Part shown: one piece after another, positions 11,097 through 23,469 of the stretch
Layout of the letters: the number at the start of each line of letters is the position of its first letter
Numbering within the stretch: position 1 is the first letter of the stretch
From: Pristiophorus japonicus
Taxonomy: Eukaryota
NCBI RefSeq assembly: GCF_044704955.1
Contig: NC_091995.1
Coordinates: 15,500,001-15,564,000, forward strand
Reading direction: 5' to 3'
DNA length: 64,000 nucleotides
Translations under genes and position numbers: made by a program
The notes under the pieces: model-generated
Seen by the model: only the letters and a program-made list of their open reading frames with translations
The model's database searches: none
Told to the model about the DNA's origin: nothing

Positions 11097-11320
11097 CCAT
11101 CCGGTTCACGAATGGCCTTTGGGGAAGGAAATCTGCTGCCCTTGCCCGGTCTGGCCTATATGTGACTCCAGACCCACAGCAATGTGGTTGACTCTTAACT
11201 GCCCTCTGAAATGGCCTAGCGAGCCACTCAGCAGGCAGCTCACCACCACCTTCTCGAGGGCAATTAAGGATAGGCAATAAATGGCGACCTTGCTGGCGAC
11301 ATCTACACCATGTGAAAAAA
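11097..11320 (+). mobile_element. second SINE family, 3' part
   Basis: ggaaggaaatctgc..gactccagacccacagcaatgtggttgactc..A-tail; homologous to 20196-22825 (-) and 58962-59040. Confidence 0.65.
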
Positions 11321-11519
11321 AAACTCCTTCTTTCCCCGACCCGCTCCCCACCCCCCGCCCTGCCTTGCTCCAATGGATCATTTCAAGTCGCCCTCCCACT
11401 CATCGTAATATCATAAAGTGTCAAAGAAACAAGAAATTAAATTGATTGTTCTGCTTGGAGAGCAGAGGCAGAAAGTGCTGGAGGCCATTCAGCCCCTCGG
11501 ACCTGCTCCCCCATCCAAT

Positions 11520-11985
11520 TAGAAATAAAGAAAGACTTGCATTTATATAGCGACCACTGGATGTTTCAAAGTGCTTTACAGCCAATGAAGTACTTTTTGG
11601 AGTGCAGTCACTGTTGTAATGTGCGAAACATGGCAGCCAATTTGCGCACAGCACGCTCCCACAAATGGCAATGTGATAATGACCAGAGGAACTGTTTTTG
11701 TTATGTTGGTTGACGGATAAATATTGGCCAGGACACCGGGGATAACTCCCCTGCTCTTCTTTAAATAGTGCCATGGGATCTTTTATGTCTACCTGAGAGA
11801 GCAGACGGGCCTCGGTTTAATGGTTCATCTGAAAGATGGCACCTCCGACAGTACAGCACTTCCACAGTACTGCACCAGAGTGCCAGCCTTAATTTTATAT
11901 TGCTTGCGTCCCTAGAGTGGGACTTGAATCTACAATCCTCTGACTCAGAGGCGAGTGTGCTAACCACTGAGTCACTGGCTGACAC
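11520..11985 (-). mobile_element. DeuSINE
   Basis: Full-length copy of the same SINE. Confidence 0.8.
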
Positions 11986-12966
11986 ATCAGATCATTGCTA
12001 ATCTGTATCTTGATTCCATAAACCCTTAATATCCTTGCCTAACAAAAATGTGCGGATCTAAGTTTTCGAAATTTCCAATTGACCCCCCCACCCCCAGCCA
12101 TGACAGCTTCCACGGAGGCAGAGTGTTCTCGATTTCCACTAACGCTTTGTGTGATGAAGCAGTAACGAGACAACATCAGGACTTGTGTTGTAAAACCCGT
12201 TTTATACAGGTTGGATTACTAAGTTCAGAAGCTTGTATTGCACACAGTGAGGTTTCATAAATGTTCCCTTCTGGGCTGTGGATAGGATCCAGCTAATTAC
12301 TGAGATTACATAGAATTACAGAGCATTACAAAGCATTACATATATTTTAACAGAAACAGACTATTCGGCCCAACAGGTCTGTGCTCCACACAAGCTCCCT
12401 CCCACCCCTAATTCAACTCACCTTATCAGCACATCCCTCACTTCCTTTCTCCCTTACGTCTTTATCGAGCCTTCCCTTAAATGATTTTATTCACCTCATC
12501 CACTCCCTGTGGTAGCGAGTTCCACATTCTCACCGCTCTCTGGGTTTCTCCTGAATTCCTTATTGGATTTATTAGTGACGAGCTTATTTAGGATTATATA
12601 GAATTGCATAGAATTGTACAGCACAGAAACAGGCCCTTCGGCTCAACTGGTCTGTGCCGGTGTTCATGCTCCACACGAGCCTCCTCCCTCCCCTATTTCA
12701 TCTCACCCCATCAGCATGTCCTTCATGATGTTAAATATTAATTGGAATGGTTTGCGTGTTCGGCCATCATCCGTCCAGTTTTGGATCAGACACACCGAAC
12801 TTGAAGCAGGCTGTCTGGAGACGTCAAAATCCATGCTTTCAAAAAAATAATGAAAGATATTCTTCTAGATAGTTTTGTGCCACGTGAAATAAACATGTTG
12901 GTTATTGAGACGCGCAATTCATTGTCGGCATGAGCAGATACGACTCCACTCGCCTCACACCTGTTC

Positions 12967-13570
12967 TAGGAACGTAGGAACAGGAGGAGGCCATTCAGCC
13001 CCTCGAGCCTGTCCCACCATGCCTTGAGATCATGGCTGATCTGCGACCTAACTCCATATACCCGCCTCTGACCCATATCCCTTAATACCTTTGTTTAACA
13101 AAAAACTATCAATCTCAGATTTAAAATTAATAATCGACCCAGTATCAATTGCCATTTGTGGAAAAGAGCTCCCAACTTCAACCACCCTTTGTGTGTAGAA
13201 GTGTTTCTTAATTTCACTCCTGACAAGTCTGGCTCTAATTTTTAGACTATGCCTCCCGAGCCTAGACTCCCCAACCAGCGGAAATAGTTGCTCTCTATCT
13301 ACCCTATCTGTTCCCCTTAATATCCTGGAAACTTCAATCAGATCACCCCTTAACCTTCTAAATTCTCGGGCATACAACCCTAATTTGTGTAATCTCTCCT
13401 TGTAACTTAACCCTTGAAGTCCAGGTATTATTCTGGTAAACCTACGCTGCACTCCCTCCAGAGGTCAGTATATCCTTCCTAAGGTGTGGTGCCTAGAACT
13501 GCTCACAGTACTCCAGATATGGTCAAACCAGGGTTCTGTACAACTGCAGCATAACTTCTACCCTCCTTAT
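12967..13570 (-). mobile_element. CR1 3' fragment
   Basis: QRRFTRIIPGL..EFRRLRGDLIE..KGIKGYG. Confidence 0.85.
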
Positions 13571-13754
13571 ATTCTAGTCCTATAACTTCTATCCTCTTGT
13601 ATTCTAGTCCTCTAGTTCTGGATTTGGCAAGAGGTCCTTAGTTACTGTCCTCAAGTGATGGTAGATTGTTGGCTTGTGAGGTGAAAGGTCAAGTTGGCCA
13701 GTGTCTGATGCTGCGGACGCAAACTTCTCACTTTAAGACATCTCGATTAGAATA

Positions 13755-14330
13755 GAGATTCCCAAACTGGGGGAGGGGGGACACGGCAAGGTTATTGGGG
13801 GTCACGAGGAGGTTATTGCGGGTTGCTAGGAGGCTATTCGAGGGCGCAAGGAAAGTTATTTGGGGGGTCATGAAGAGCTCATTGGGGTCACAAGGCAGTT
13901 TTTTGGGGATCGCGGGGTAGTTATTTGAGGGCCTGAGGCGGTTATTGGAGGTGCGGTGATGTTAGTGGGGGTGCGAGGAGGTTATTAGAAAGCACTGAGG
14001 AAATTGGGGTGTGTGATGATGATAGTGGAGGTGCAAGGAGGTAATTGGGGGTCACAATGTGGTTATTGGGGGTCTTGGAGGAGTATTTAGGGGTATTGGG
14101 ACGCAATAAGATTATTAAGGGCTCGAGCGGGTTCTTTGGGGGGGGAGGTCAAGACTCTCGTGATGGTATTAGGAAGCGACAAGGCTGTTAAGGTACGCAA
14201 TGATGTTGGTGGGGATTTAAAAAGGGTATGGGGGTTGTGAGGAGTTTATTGGGTTGTGACAAGGTAATTGGGTTGTGCGATGTTGTTAGTGGGGTCGTGA
14301 TATGGTTATGGGATGGGGGGGGGGCGTGGG
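13755..14330. repeat. G-rich low-complexity degenerate repeat
   Basis: Many GGGG runs with a recurring gttattgggg-like unit. Confidence 0.6.
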
Positions 14331-14849
14331 GAGTACGCTAGCGGTAACTCACTAACAGGTAATGCCTGTGATACGAATGCTATCCATTCGATGGTGCTGC
14401 AACCCTCCCCTGGCCTCACTCGGGCTGAGTCCAGGATCAGATCAGCCATGATCTTATTGAATGGCGGAGCAGGCTCGAGGGGCCAAATGGCCGACTCCTG
14501 CTCCTATGTTCTTATGTTCTTATGATTCCTCACTCAGCTCTCTCCAACACTCCGGCCTCCCACTGCCAACAGTCCCGGCCATGCGACATTCTCAGTCACT
14601 CACTCAGTTGTTGCTCTCAACTCAAAAGAACAGCTCTTTGCCTTCCGGCCTGCACCTCCGTGCTGCGTAAAATTATTTTTGGAAGTGCTCCGGATCCTCG
14701 GGGTCCCCACTGGCATCGAGAAATAACTGAACCCCAGTGGTGTCTGTAAGGGTTGTGGCCGGGCTGGAGACTCCACTTGACTGAGGTTCTAACAGTCCTC
14801 TTATCACAGAATAGAATCATAGCATGATACAGCACAGAGGAAGGCAGTT

Positions 14850-15482
14850 GGTCTTTATTACAAGAGGATTTGAGTATATGAGTAAAGACGTCTTACTGCG
14901 ATTATATAGGGACCACACCTGGAGTATTGTGTACGGTTTTGGTCTCCTTACCTAAGGAAGGATATACTTGCTATTGAAGGAGGGCAACGAAGGTTCACCA
15001 GACTGATTCCAGGGATGGTGGGATTGTCCTATGGGGAGAGATTGGGTAGACTGGGCCTATATTCTCTAGAATTTAGGAGAGTGAGAGTTGATATCTCATT
15101 GAAACATACAAAATTCTTACGGGGCTAGAGAGGTTAGATGCAGGGAGGATGTTTCCCCGGCCTGGGAAGTCTAGATCCAGGGGGGGGTCACAGTCTCAGA
15201 ATAAGGGGTCGGCCATTCCAGACTGAGATGAGGAGAAATTTCTTCACTTAGAGGGTGGCGAATCTTTGGAATTCTCTATCCCCAGAGGGCTGTGGAGGCT
15301 CAGTCGTTGAGTATATTCAAGACAGAGATCGATAGATTTTTGGATAATAAGGGAATCAAGGGATATGGGGATAGTGCAGGAAAGTGGAGTTGAGGTAGAA
15401 GATCAGCCATGATCTTATTGAATGGCGGAGCAGGCTCGAGAGGCTGAATGGCCTGCTTCTGCTCCTAATTCTTATGTTCTTA
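14850..15482 (+). mobile_element. CR1 3' fragment
   Basis: PHLEYCV.FWSP..., 3' UTR and (CTTATGTT)n tail. Confidence 0.82.
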
Positions 15483-15489
15483 TTAGGCC

Positions 15490-15990
15490 CATCGGGCCTG
15501 TGCCCGTTCTTTGAAAGAGCTATCCAATTAGACCCATTGCTCCCTGCTCATCCCCATATCCCTGTAAATTTTCCCTCTTCAGATACTTATCTGATTCTCT
15601 TTTCAAAGTTACTGTTGCATCTGCTTTCACCGCCCTTTCAGGCAGCGCATTCCAGACCACAACTCGCTGCCTAAAAAAAAATTCTCATCTCCACCTCTGG
15701 TTCCTTTGCCAATCGCCATCGATGTGTGTCCTCTGTTACCTTCTGTCACTGTTTCTCTTTATTTACTGCATCAAATCCCTTCATGATTTTGAATGCCGCG
15801 ATCAAATCTTCTTTTAACTTTCTCTGCTCTAAGTTGAACAAAGCCCGGTCTCTGCACATAACCAAAGTCCCTCATCTCCGTCACCATTCCAGTAAATCTC
15901 CCCCGCGCCCTCTCCAAGGCCTTGACATCCTTCCCGAAGCGCGGTGCCCAGAATTGGCCACCATACTCCAGCTGGGGCCTAACCAGTGTT
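15490..15990 (-). mobile_element. old CR1 3' fragment
   Basis: LVRPQLEYGGQFWAPRFGKDVKALER. Confidence 0.7.
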
Positions 15991-16189
15991 GGTTGCCCTG
16001 ACAACAAACAGGGGAGAAGCAACCAAGTCCATGGTGACTGACCAGCTCTGGGAACAACTTCTGTTGGGGATCAAGACTGGTTACAGTCGTTCGGAAAAGC
16101 GAGAAAGGATTCAAGATTCTGCGATCGCTGCATCGCTAAAGAAGACGGATCAAGAGACATCAAGACCCTCTCTAGACCCATCCTTTGTT

Positions 16190-16447
16190 TCCTAACTTGT
16201 GCCATTAACATCTCAATTCGGCCCATCATCCCTTTTGTCTCTCTAATCTCTCCTGCTTTCCACCCTGTCACAGACCTTCCTTTTTGTTCTTTCTTCCCCT
16301 CCCCCTCTCAGTGCTGCTTAAAAATCTGTTCATTTCGAACCTTCGCAAGTTCTGACGAAGGGTCATCGACCCAAAACATTAACTCTGTCTCTCTCTCTCT
16401 CTCTCCCACAGATGGGAGAGCGTTTCCAGCATTCTCTGTATTTATTT
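16190..16447 (+). mobile_element. Penelope-like element 3' end/pLTR remnant with degenerate hammerhead ribozyme
   Basis: tCTGACGAagggtc-atc-gacccAAAACattaactctgtctctc..cacagatg..tttccagcatt..tttatt. Confidence 0.6.
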
Positions 16448-17604
16448 GGATCAAGAGGCGTGACGCTTGGAGTTAAAAATCCCAATTAACAATTAACGCC
16501 GCGTCAGGCTAAACATGACTGAACTAATATGTCAGGTTTTATCGTACAGAGCAGACTGACACTCGACTCAATTGCATGGAGACTTGAGTGAAGCGTTCGG
16601 AAAGGGAAAGGGCAGATCCCTGGCTCAGAAGGGAAAAGGTGGGATTATAGGTCTTGCATCGAGATGAAAAAGAGCTTTGAGTTGAAAGTTCAGGGCGGTC
16701 CTGAATTGGCCGCCCAATAGTCAGTCCCATTTGGTTCAGTAGAAATGAATATTGGGCGGTGTGTATAACTGGGGGGGCGATGCCATGCTACCCATTTAGT
16801 GCGACTGCTGAGAGCAACTTCTACCCCATTAGTTCCAATTTTCCAGAACCATTGGAAAATAATGAACATATTGCCTGTGCTTTGCCTTCTGTTAATATCG
16901 GTGGCACCGGGCTTCGTACACTTCTATGCATCAACGTTTGTGTAAGGCCCTTGGGGATAGTGGTGGGGTGGGGGGGGCGGGGGGAACCTGGAGGGGCTGA
17001 CTGAGCATTCCGCAATCCCACCTCCGGCGGGATTCGACAGACTTCACAAGATGTGGTTGTGGAAACTCGCCCTTTTTTCCGTTCCGGGGGCCCTGAGGTC
17101 AAATCCGGCGGCAATCAATGGGATGGAAGACTGCCGTCTCAGAAGGGATTTAACGTGGAATCAGTTTGAGGCCTTCTCGACCGAGGTGCTCGTCCCGTAG
17201 CACCAAACGGCTCCAAATTGGCAATCCCGTTCGGAGAGGTTGCAAGGACGCCTGGCGTGGGAAATTGAGGAACCAATGTCACACATGGTGCAGCAGGGGG
17301 CGCTGTTCTGAGGTGGGGTTGGGTGGGGGCGGGGAACGGGGTCATTACCCGAAGCAAATAGGTCACTTTTACCTGCAGTGTCGGTGCGGTGATCTGTGGG
17401 AGCACCTTTGGAAACGGACAGGTGATACGCTCCGCCATTTTGGCGCCCGAGTGGCAAAGGTAAAGTGCGTAACCAATGTCCAAAATGGGGAAGGGCAACG
17501 CCAGCCAGTGCTAACATCACTCAGCGTAACAAGCACTATAACACAAGCCACCATAACAACATCAAACCTTGAGAAAACAACTCCCAACAGAGGTATAACT
17601 AAAG

Positions 17605-18023
17605 GAAAGAATTTGGATTTATATAGCGCCTTTCCCAAAGCGCTTTAAAGTCAATGGAGTACTTTTGAAGTGTTGTAATGTAGGAAAACACAGCTTCCAA
17701 TTTGCACACAGCAAGCTCCCACAAACAGCAATGTGATAATGACCAATCTGTTTTTTAGTGCTGTTCATTAAGGGATAAATATTGGCCCAGGACATCAGGG
17801 ATAACTCCCCTGCTCTTCTTTGAAATAGTGCCATGGGATATTTTGCAGGTGGGGCCTTTGTTTAACATCTGATCCAAAGGACAGCACCTCTGACAGTGCA
17901 GCATTCCCTCAGCACTGCACTGGGAGTATTGGCCTAGATTATGTGCTCCAGTCCCTGGAGCAGGACTTGAACCCACAATCTTCTGACCCACAGGTGAGAG
18001 TGCTACCCACTGAGCCACAGCTG
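17605..18023 (-). mobile_element. DeuSINE
   Basis: Same SINE family. Confidence 0.8.
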
Positions 18024-19079
18024 ATAAGGAAGGAGAAGGTTTATTAATATGGGATGAAGACAAAACAGCTAACCTAACACACGAGTAGACAGAATTGGTT
18101 TAAACAGTGAGCTTGCAAATCCTATCCTTTTGATCACAATGTTAGTGATAATAGTTGTTTAGTTATAATAGACTCCCAATGAGAAATTTGGGTTTATTCC
18201 ACTGGATGTAATTCATTCACATTTAACACACCTCAGAGCATGAACAGTTCATTTTTTTTTGAACCCCGAGCATTAGTTTAATATGTTACTATGTGTGTGT
18301 CCTATATTGTGTGTGTACGTGTATACTGTAATATGAAATTAATTTGTATGGAGACATGGTTGATTTTTTAGACTTGCTTCCAGTTTAATAAAATGTATTT
18401 GTGGATCCAGAAAAGACAATGAGTGTTGTGATATTGTAATCTAGTGCCCTTCAGTGGTTTAGCATGTGTTGTACTTGTGCGGCTAAAATAGCATAATATT
18501 TTGTAAATTTACACTGTCATGCTAAGCAATTGATAATTTCCTGCTCTCAGGGGAAATCCTCTTTTATGTTTACTTCCACCACTGACTGCTTATTAGTAAA
18601 GATGTTTAGCTTGGACCCTAGGGAAATCAAGGGATATGGGGACAGTGCAGGAAAGTGGAGCTGAGATCGATGATCAGCCATGATCTCATTGAATGGCGGA
18701 GCAGGCTCGAGGGGCTGTATGGCCTACTCCCACTCCTATTTCTTATGTTCTTGTACAAGGGATAAGGTGGATATTTTAAATAATGGAACAGGATATTGAG
18801 TTGGGTAAGGCCCCAATGTGTGTCCAGCAAACTGTTCGATGGCTTAAGAGTCATGAACCACCCAACAGCAAACGCAGCAAGCATTGAAGGCGTGTATTTA
18901 ACATGGTATAAAAGAGAGGTATCAATCTTCACTCAGTTAGGAACTTTGGCCACCTTCAAAGAATGGTGCCGTGAATGGCTTTGGATAGAGCGTCGCTCCC
19001 GGGGAGCTCTTTACACCCTGTGTTTCTAGGGGTAGGGCTGCATGCACTGCTCTGCATCTAGTCTTATAGAAAGACTTGA

Positions 19080-19460
19080 AAGAAAAGCTTGCATATCTAT
19101 AGCGCCTTTCACGACCACCGGACGTCTCAAAGCGCTTTCGGAGTGCAGTCGCTGTTGTAATGTGGGAAACGCGGCAGCCAATTTGTGCACAGCAAGCTCC
19201 CACAAACAGCAATGTGATAAATCTGTTTGTTTTGTTACATTGATTGAGGGATAAATATCGGACAGGACACCGGGGATAACGCCCCCGTTATCTTCGAAAT
19301 AATGACATGGAACCTTTTAATTCCACCTGAGAGGGCAGAAGGGGCCTTGGTTTAACGTCTCATCCGAAAGACGGCAGCTCCGACAGTGCAGTGCTCCCTC
19401 AGCACTGCACTGGGAGTGCCAGCCTAGCTTTACGTGCTCAAGTCTCTGGAGTGGGATTGA
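19080..19460 (-). mobile_element. DeuSINE about 270 nt downstream of the CCN stop codon
   Basis: Same SINE family, 5' head partly missing. Confidence 0.8.
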
Positions 19461-19729
19461 ATGTTTCGAAACAAAAGTATTTAACTATCAGACACATTAA
19501 CTGCCTCTAGCTTCTACCAATCTGTTATTAAGCGTATGAGGATTGTCCTAACACGGGCATCTAAGAGGCACCGGGGCAGATAGGCGACAGAGCAGGGCGA
19601 TACTGCAGTGGAAAGATTCCCCTCTAAGAAGAGGGCGAGCAGCACCATTCGTATAATGGCGCTTGCTGGAGACCTGAGCCCCGGCGTGGGGGGGGCGGGG
19701 CTGAATCTGCCCTGGCTCTCTAGCGCTGG

Positions 19730-20068
19730 TTAGAAGTTGTGCTCGATCTCCTCGGCCTCCTTCGGCCCTCTCTCCCGGTCAGCGGACCCGTCGTGCACGC
19801 CGTCGTTCGGCCAGTAGGGGGCGCCGTGTTGCTGGCAGCGCCGGCTGCAGTCGCACCTCTTGATCTTCATCACGTCCTTGACGACGGTCGCCATGCCCCC
19901 GCAGCGGAAGCGCACCTTGGTGGTCCTGGTCTGGGAGGGCTGGCAGCAGCGGCCGTCCGTGCAGAAGCCGCAGTACTTGGGTGTGTACTTCCTCAGGCTG
20001 GTGCACCCTCTGTAAACGAACGGCCGGGGCTCCTTCTCCTTCTCGGTTTTCAGACACTTCTGGCCTTC
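19730..20068 (-). CDS. ccn1l: CCN1/CYR61-like gene, exon 5 (C-terminal cystine knot)
   Basis: Acceptor atctttcag|GAA; EGQKCLKT...FVYRGCTSLRKYTPKYCGFCTDGRCCQPSQTRTTKVRFRC...VMKIKRCDCSRRC...HNF*, 10 Cys; exon lengths 117+205+312+203+339=1176 nt, open throughout. Confidence 0.95.
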   Translation of the reverse strand, partial: EGQKCLKTEKEKEPRPFVYRGCTSLRKYTPKYCGFCTDGRCCQPSQTRTTKVRFRCGGMATVVKDVMKIKRCDCSRRCQQHGAPYWPNDGVHDGSADRERGPKEAEEIEHNF

Positions 20069-20289
20069 CTGAAAGATGGAGGTAAATCACGGCCTTGTGA
20101 GTCACTGGAGAATCTGTTACTACCCAACCTCCAGCAAAACGATCATATCATTCGTCCCTCCACACTCACCAAACCCAGGTCCTTTACATTTTTTTTAAAT
20201 TCATTCACGGGATGTGGGCACCGCTGGCAAGGCCCAGCATTTATTGCCCATTCCCTAATTGCCCCTTGAGAAGGTGGTGATGACAACTG

Positions 20290-20727
20290 AACATAAGAAC
20301 ATAAGAATTAGGAACAGGAGTAGGCCATCTAGCCCCTCGAGCCTGCTCCGCCATTCAACAAGATAATGGCTGATCTGGCCGTGGACTCAGCTCCACTTAC
20401 CCGCCCGCTCCCCGTAACCCTTAATTCCCTTATTGGTTAAAAATCTATCTATCTGTGATTTGAATACATTCAATGAGCTAGCCTCAACTGCTTCCTTGGG
20501 CAGAGAATTCCACAGATTCACAACCCTCTGGGAGAAGAAATTCCTTCTCAACTCGGTTTTAAATTGGCTCCCCCGTGTTTTGAGGCTGTGCCCCCTAGTT
20601 CTAGTCTCCCCGACCAGTGGAAACAACCTCTCTGCCTCTATCTTGTCTATCCCTTTCATGATTTTAAATGTTTCTATAAGATCACCCCCTCATCCTTCTG
20701 AACTCCAACGAGTAAAGACCCAGTCTA
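20290..20727 (-). mobile_element. young CR1 3' end
   Basis: ORF 20387-20659; near-identical to 57330-57770. Confidence 0.88.
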
Positions 20728-20957
20728 CTGAGTGGCTCGCTAGACTATTTCAGAGGGGCAGCTAAGAGTCAACCACATTGCTGTCACATATAGGCCAGAC
20801 CGGGTAAGGGCGGCAGATTTCCTTCCCCTAAAGGTCATTAGTGAACCAGATGGGGTTTTACGACAATCCCAGCAGTTTTATGGTCATTGTCATGTATACA
20901 CCTGTGAGTATGCTCACAGGTTGGTGGAGCTGTTGAGTTGGAAGTGGCTTAGCCAAT

Positions 20958-21830
20958 CATAGAAACATAGAAACATAGAAACATAGAAAATAGGTGCAGG
21001 AGTAGGCCATTCAGCCCTTCTAGCCTGCACCGCCATTCAATGAGTTCATGGCTGAACATGCAACTTCAGTACCCCATTCCTGCTTTCTCGCCATACCCCT
21101 TGATCCCCTGAGTAGCAAGGACTTCATCTAACTCCCTTTTGAATATATTTAGTGAATTGGCCTCAACTACCTTCTGTGGTAGAGAATTCCACAGGTTTAC
21201 CACTCTCTGGGTGAAGAAGTTTCTCCTCATCTCGGTCCTAAATGGCTTGCCCCTTATCCTTAGACTGTGACTCCTGGTTCTGGACTTCCCCAACATTGGG
21301 AACATTCTTCCTGCATCTAACCTGTCTAAACCCGTCAGAATTTTAAACGTTTCTATGAGGTCCCCTCTCATTCTTCTGAACTCCAGTGAATACAAGCCCA
21401 GTTGATCCAATCTTTCTTGATAGGTCAGTCCCACCATCCCGGGAATCAATCTGGTGAATCTTCGCTGCACTCCGTCAATAGCAAGAATGTCCTTCCTCAA
21501 GTTAGGAGACCAAAACTGTACACAATACTCCAGGTGTGGCCTCACCAAGGCCCTGTACAACTGTAGCAACACCTCCCTGCCCCTGTACTCAAATCCCCTA
21601 GCTATGAAGGCCAACATGCCATTTGCTTTCTTAACCGCCTGCTGTACCTGCATGCCAACCTTCAATGACTGATGTACCATGACACCCAGGTCTCATTGCA
21701 CCTCCCCTTTTCCTAATCTGTCACCATTCAGACAATAGTCTGTCTCTCTGTTTTTACCACCAAAGTGGATAACCTCACATTTATCCACATTATACTTCAT
21801 CTGCCATGCATTTGCCCACTCACCTAACCT
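20958..21830 (-). mobile_element. CR1 3' fragment
   Basis: ORF 21066-21680 closely matches the C-terminus of the 2951-5326 ORF2; (CATAGAAA)n tail. Confidence 0.9.
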
Positions 21831-21964
21831 CACCAGTCACGTGATGTTCACAAGACTCAATAAAACCCCAGCCAGTTGGGTTTGGGGGATCCACAATGAG
21901 GCAGGTGGTTGTGAGCCAGGTGGATGAACTGATAATGTGTAGTGTGATTGTTAAACCTTTGCTA

Positions 21965-22607
21965 ATAATAATAATAATAATAACAATAATAAGTTTTACT
22001 TACATAGTGCCTTTAACGTAGTAAAACATCCCAAGGTGCAGTGTTATAAGACAAAACAGATAAATTTGACACCGAGCCACAAAAGAAGAAATTAAGGCAG
22101 ATGACCAAAAGCTTGTTTAAAGAGGTAGGTTTTAAAGACCATCTTAAAGGAGGAAAGAGAGGCAGAGAGGTTCAGGGAGGGAGTTCCAGAGCTTAGGGCC
22201 CAAACAGCTGAAGGCACGGCCACCGATGGTTGAGCAGTTATAATGAGGGATGTTCAAGAGGCCAGAATTTGAGGAGCGCCAGACATCTTGTGGGATTGTG
22301 AGGCTGAAAAAGATTACAGAGATAGGGAGGGGCGAGGCCATGGAGTGATTTGCAAACAAGGATGAGAATTTTGAAATCGAGGCGTTGTTTAACCGGGAGC
22401 CAATGTAGGTCAGAAAGCACAGGGGGTGATGGGTGAGCGGGACTTGGTGCGAGTTAGGACACGGGCAGCCGAGTTTTGGATGACCTCAAGTTTACGTAGG
22501 GTAGAATGTGGAAGGCCAACCAGGAGTGCATTGGAGTAGTCAAGTCTGGAGGTAACAAAGACATGAATGAGGGTTTCAGCAGCAGAAGAGCTGAGGCAGG
22601 GGCGGAG
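21965..22607 (-). mobile_element. L2 3' end
   Basis: LSDLHWLPVKQRLDFKILILV. Confidence 0.82.
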
Positions 22608-22844
22608 CTTAATAGCAATGTGTTGCTATAATTTCTTAAGCAAATAACCTATGAAGCAAATACATTACAGTCACCATTACTGATGCTAGTTTTTTAAAAT
22701 CAGATTTAAAAGAAATTGAATTAAAATTCCCCAGCTGTCATGATGGGACTATGAATTCATGTCGCTGGATTATTAGTCTAGGCCTCTGGATTACTAGTCC
22801 TGTAACATAACCACTATGCTACCGATATGACAGTATCCTCTTGA

Positions 22845-23215
22845 AATGCTTCGATTTTTAAATGATTATCCCTGTTTCCAAATCCCTCCATGGCCTCGAC
22901 CGTTTCCTATCTCTGTAACCTCCTCCAGCCCCACAACCCCCTGAGATCTCTGCGCTCCTCCAATTCTGCGCTCTTGCACATCATTGCTCCACCATTGGCA
23001 GCCATGCCTTCAGCTGCCCGTGTCTTAAGCCTTTCCGCCTCTCTCTTCTCCTTTAAGACGCTCCTGAAAACCTACTTCTAAAACCAATCTTTTGGTCACC
23101 TGTCCTAATATCTCTTCATGTGGCTCAGCTTTTGGTTTCATAATTGCTCCTGTGAAGCTCCTTGGAATGTTTTACTACGTTAAAGGCGGTATATAAATGC
23201 AAGTTGTCTGTTGTA
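22845..23215 (+). mobile_element. L2 3' end
   Basis: Same L2 3' UTR and tail. Confidence 0.7.
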
Positions 23216-23469
23216 GCTGTGTTAGTTTTGCACGGACCAGACCCTGGATGTTGTTAGCTTGCAGTACGAATTCTGTCCAGCAGGTGACACTGCGGCACTC
23301 CGTTAGCACAATCTGCTGGTTCTCCAATGGTGACCCAGAGGATTGGAAAAGGCTCGTGTCCACGACACCCTTGTATAGTGAGCTCGCTCATTTGTTACAC
23401 CATTGAGAGCAGACAGTGGCATTTTGCTTCCAATTTAAATCCTAAACCAAGGGCAATTTTGTGTCATGG

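Larger units (their letters stand above)
20888..22669 (+). mobile_element. solo LTR interrupted by CR1 (20958-21830) and L2 (about 21965-22607)
   Basis: Begins TGTCATG, ends ATTACA; flanks GTCAT/GTCAC; AATAAA about 21858; homologous inverted partial copy at 58622-58800. Confidence 0.65.
20196..22825 (-). mobile_element. tRNA-derived SINE split by nested CR1, solo LTR and L2 insertions
   Basis: Pieces 20196-20289, 20727-20887 and 22670-22825 rejoin into one SINE with a tRNA-like head near 22825. Confidence 0.65.

Noticed and set aside
12720-12960. Possible exon in unique sequence
   Set aside because: No consistent acceptor-donor pair with an open frame or recognisable homology on either strand
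18755-19070. ORF 18796-19029 as a host exon
   Set aside because: GTLATFKEW resembles the Tx1 ORF2 C-terminus (GTLAAFRERW); probably an old LINE fragment, too weak to annotate
19739-20269. 176-aa plus-strand ORF
   Set aside because: Antisense shadow of the GC-rich CCN exon 5
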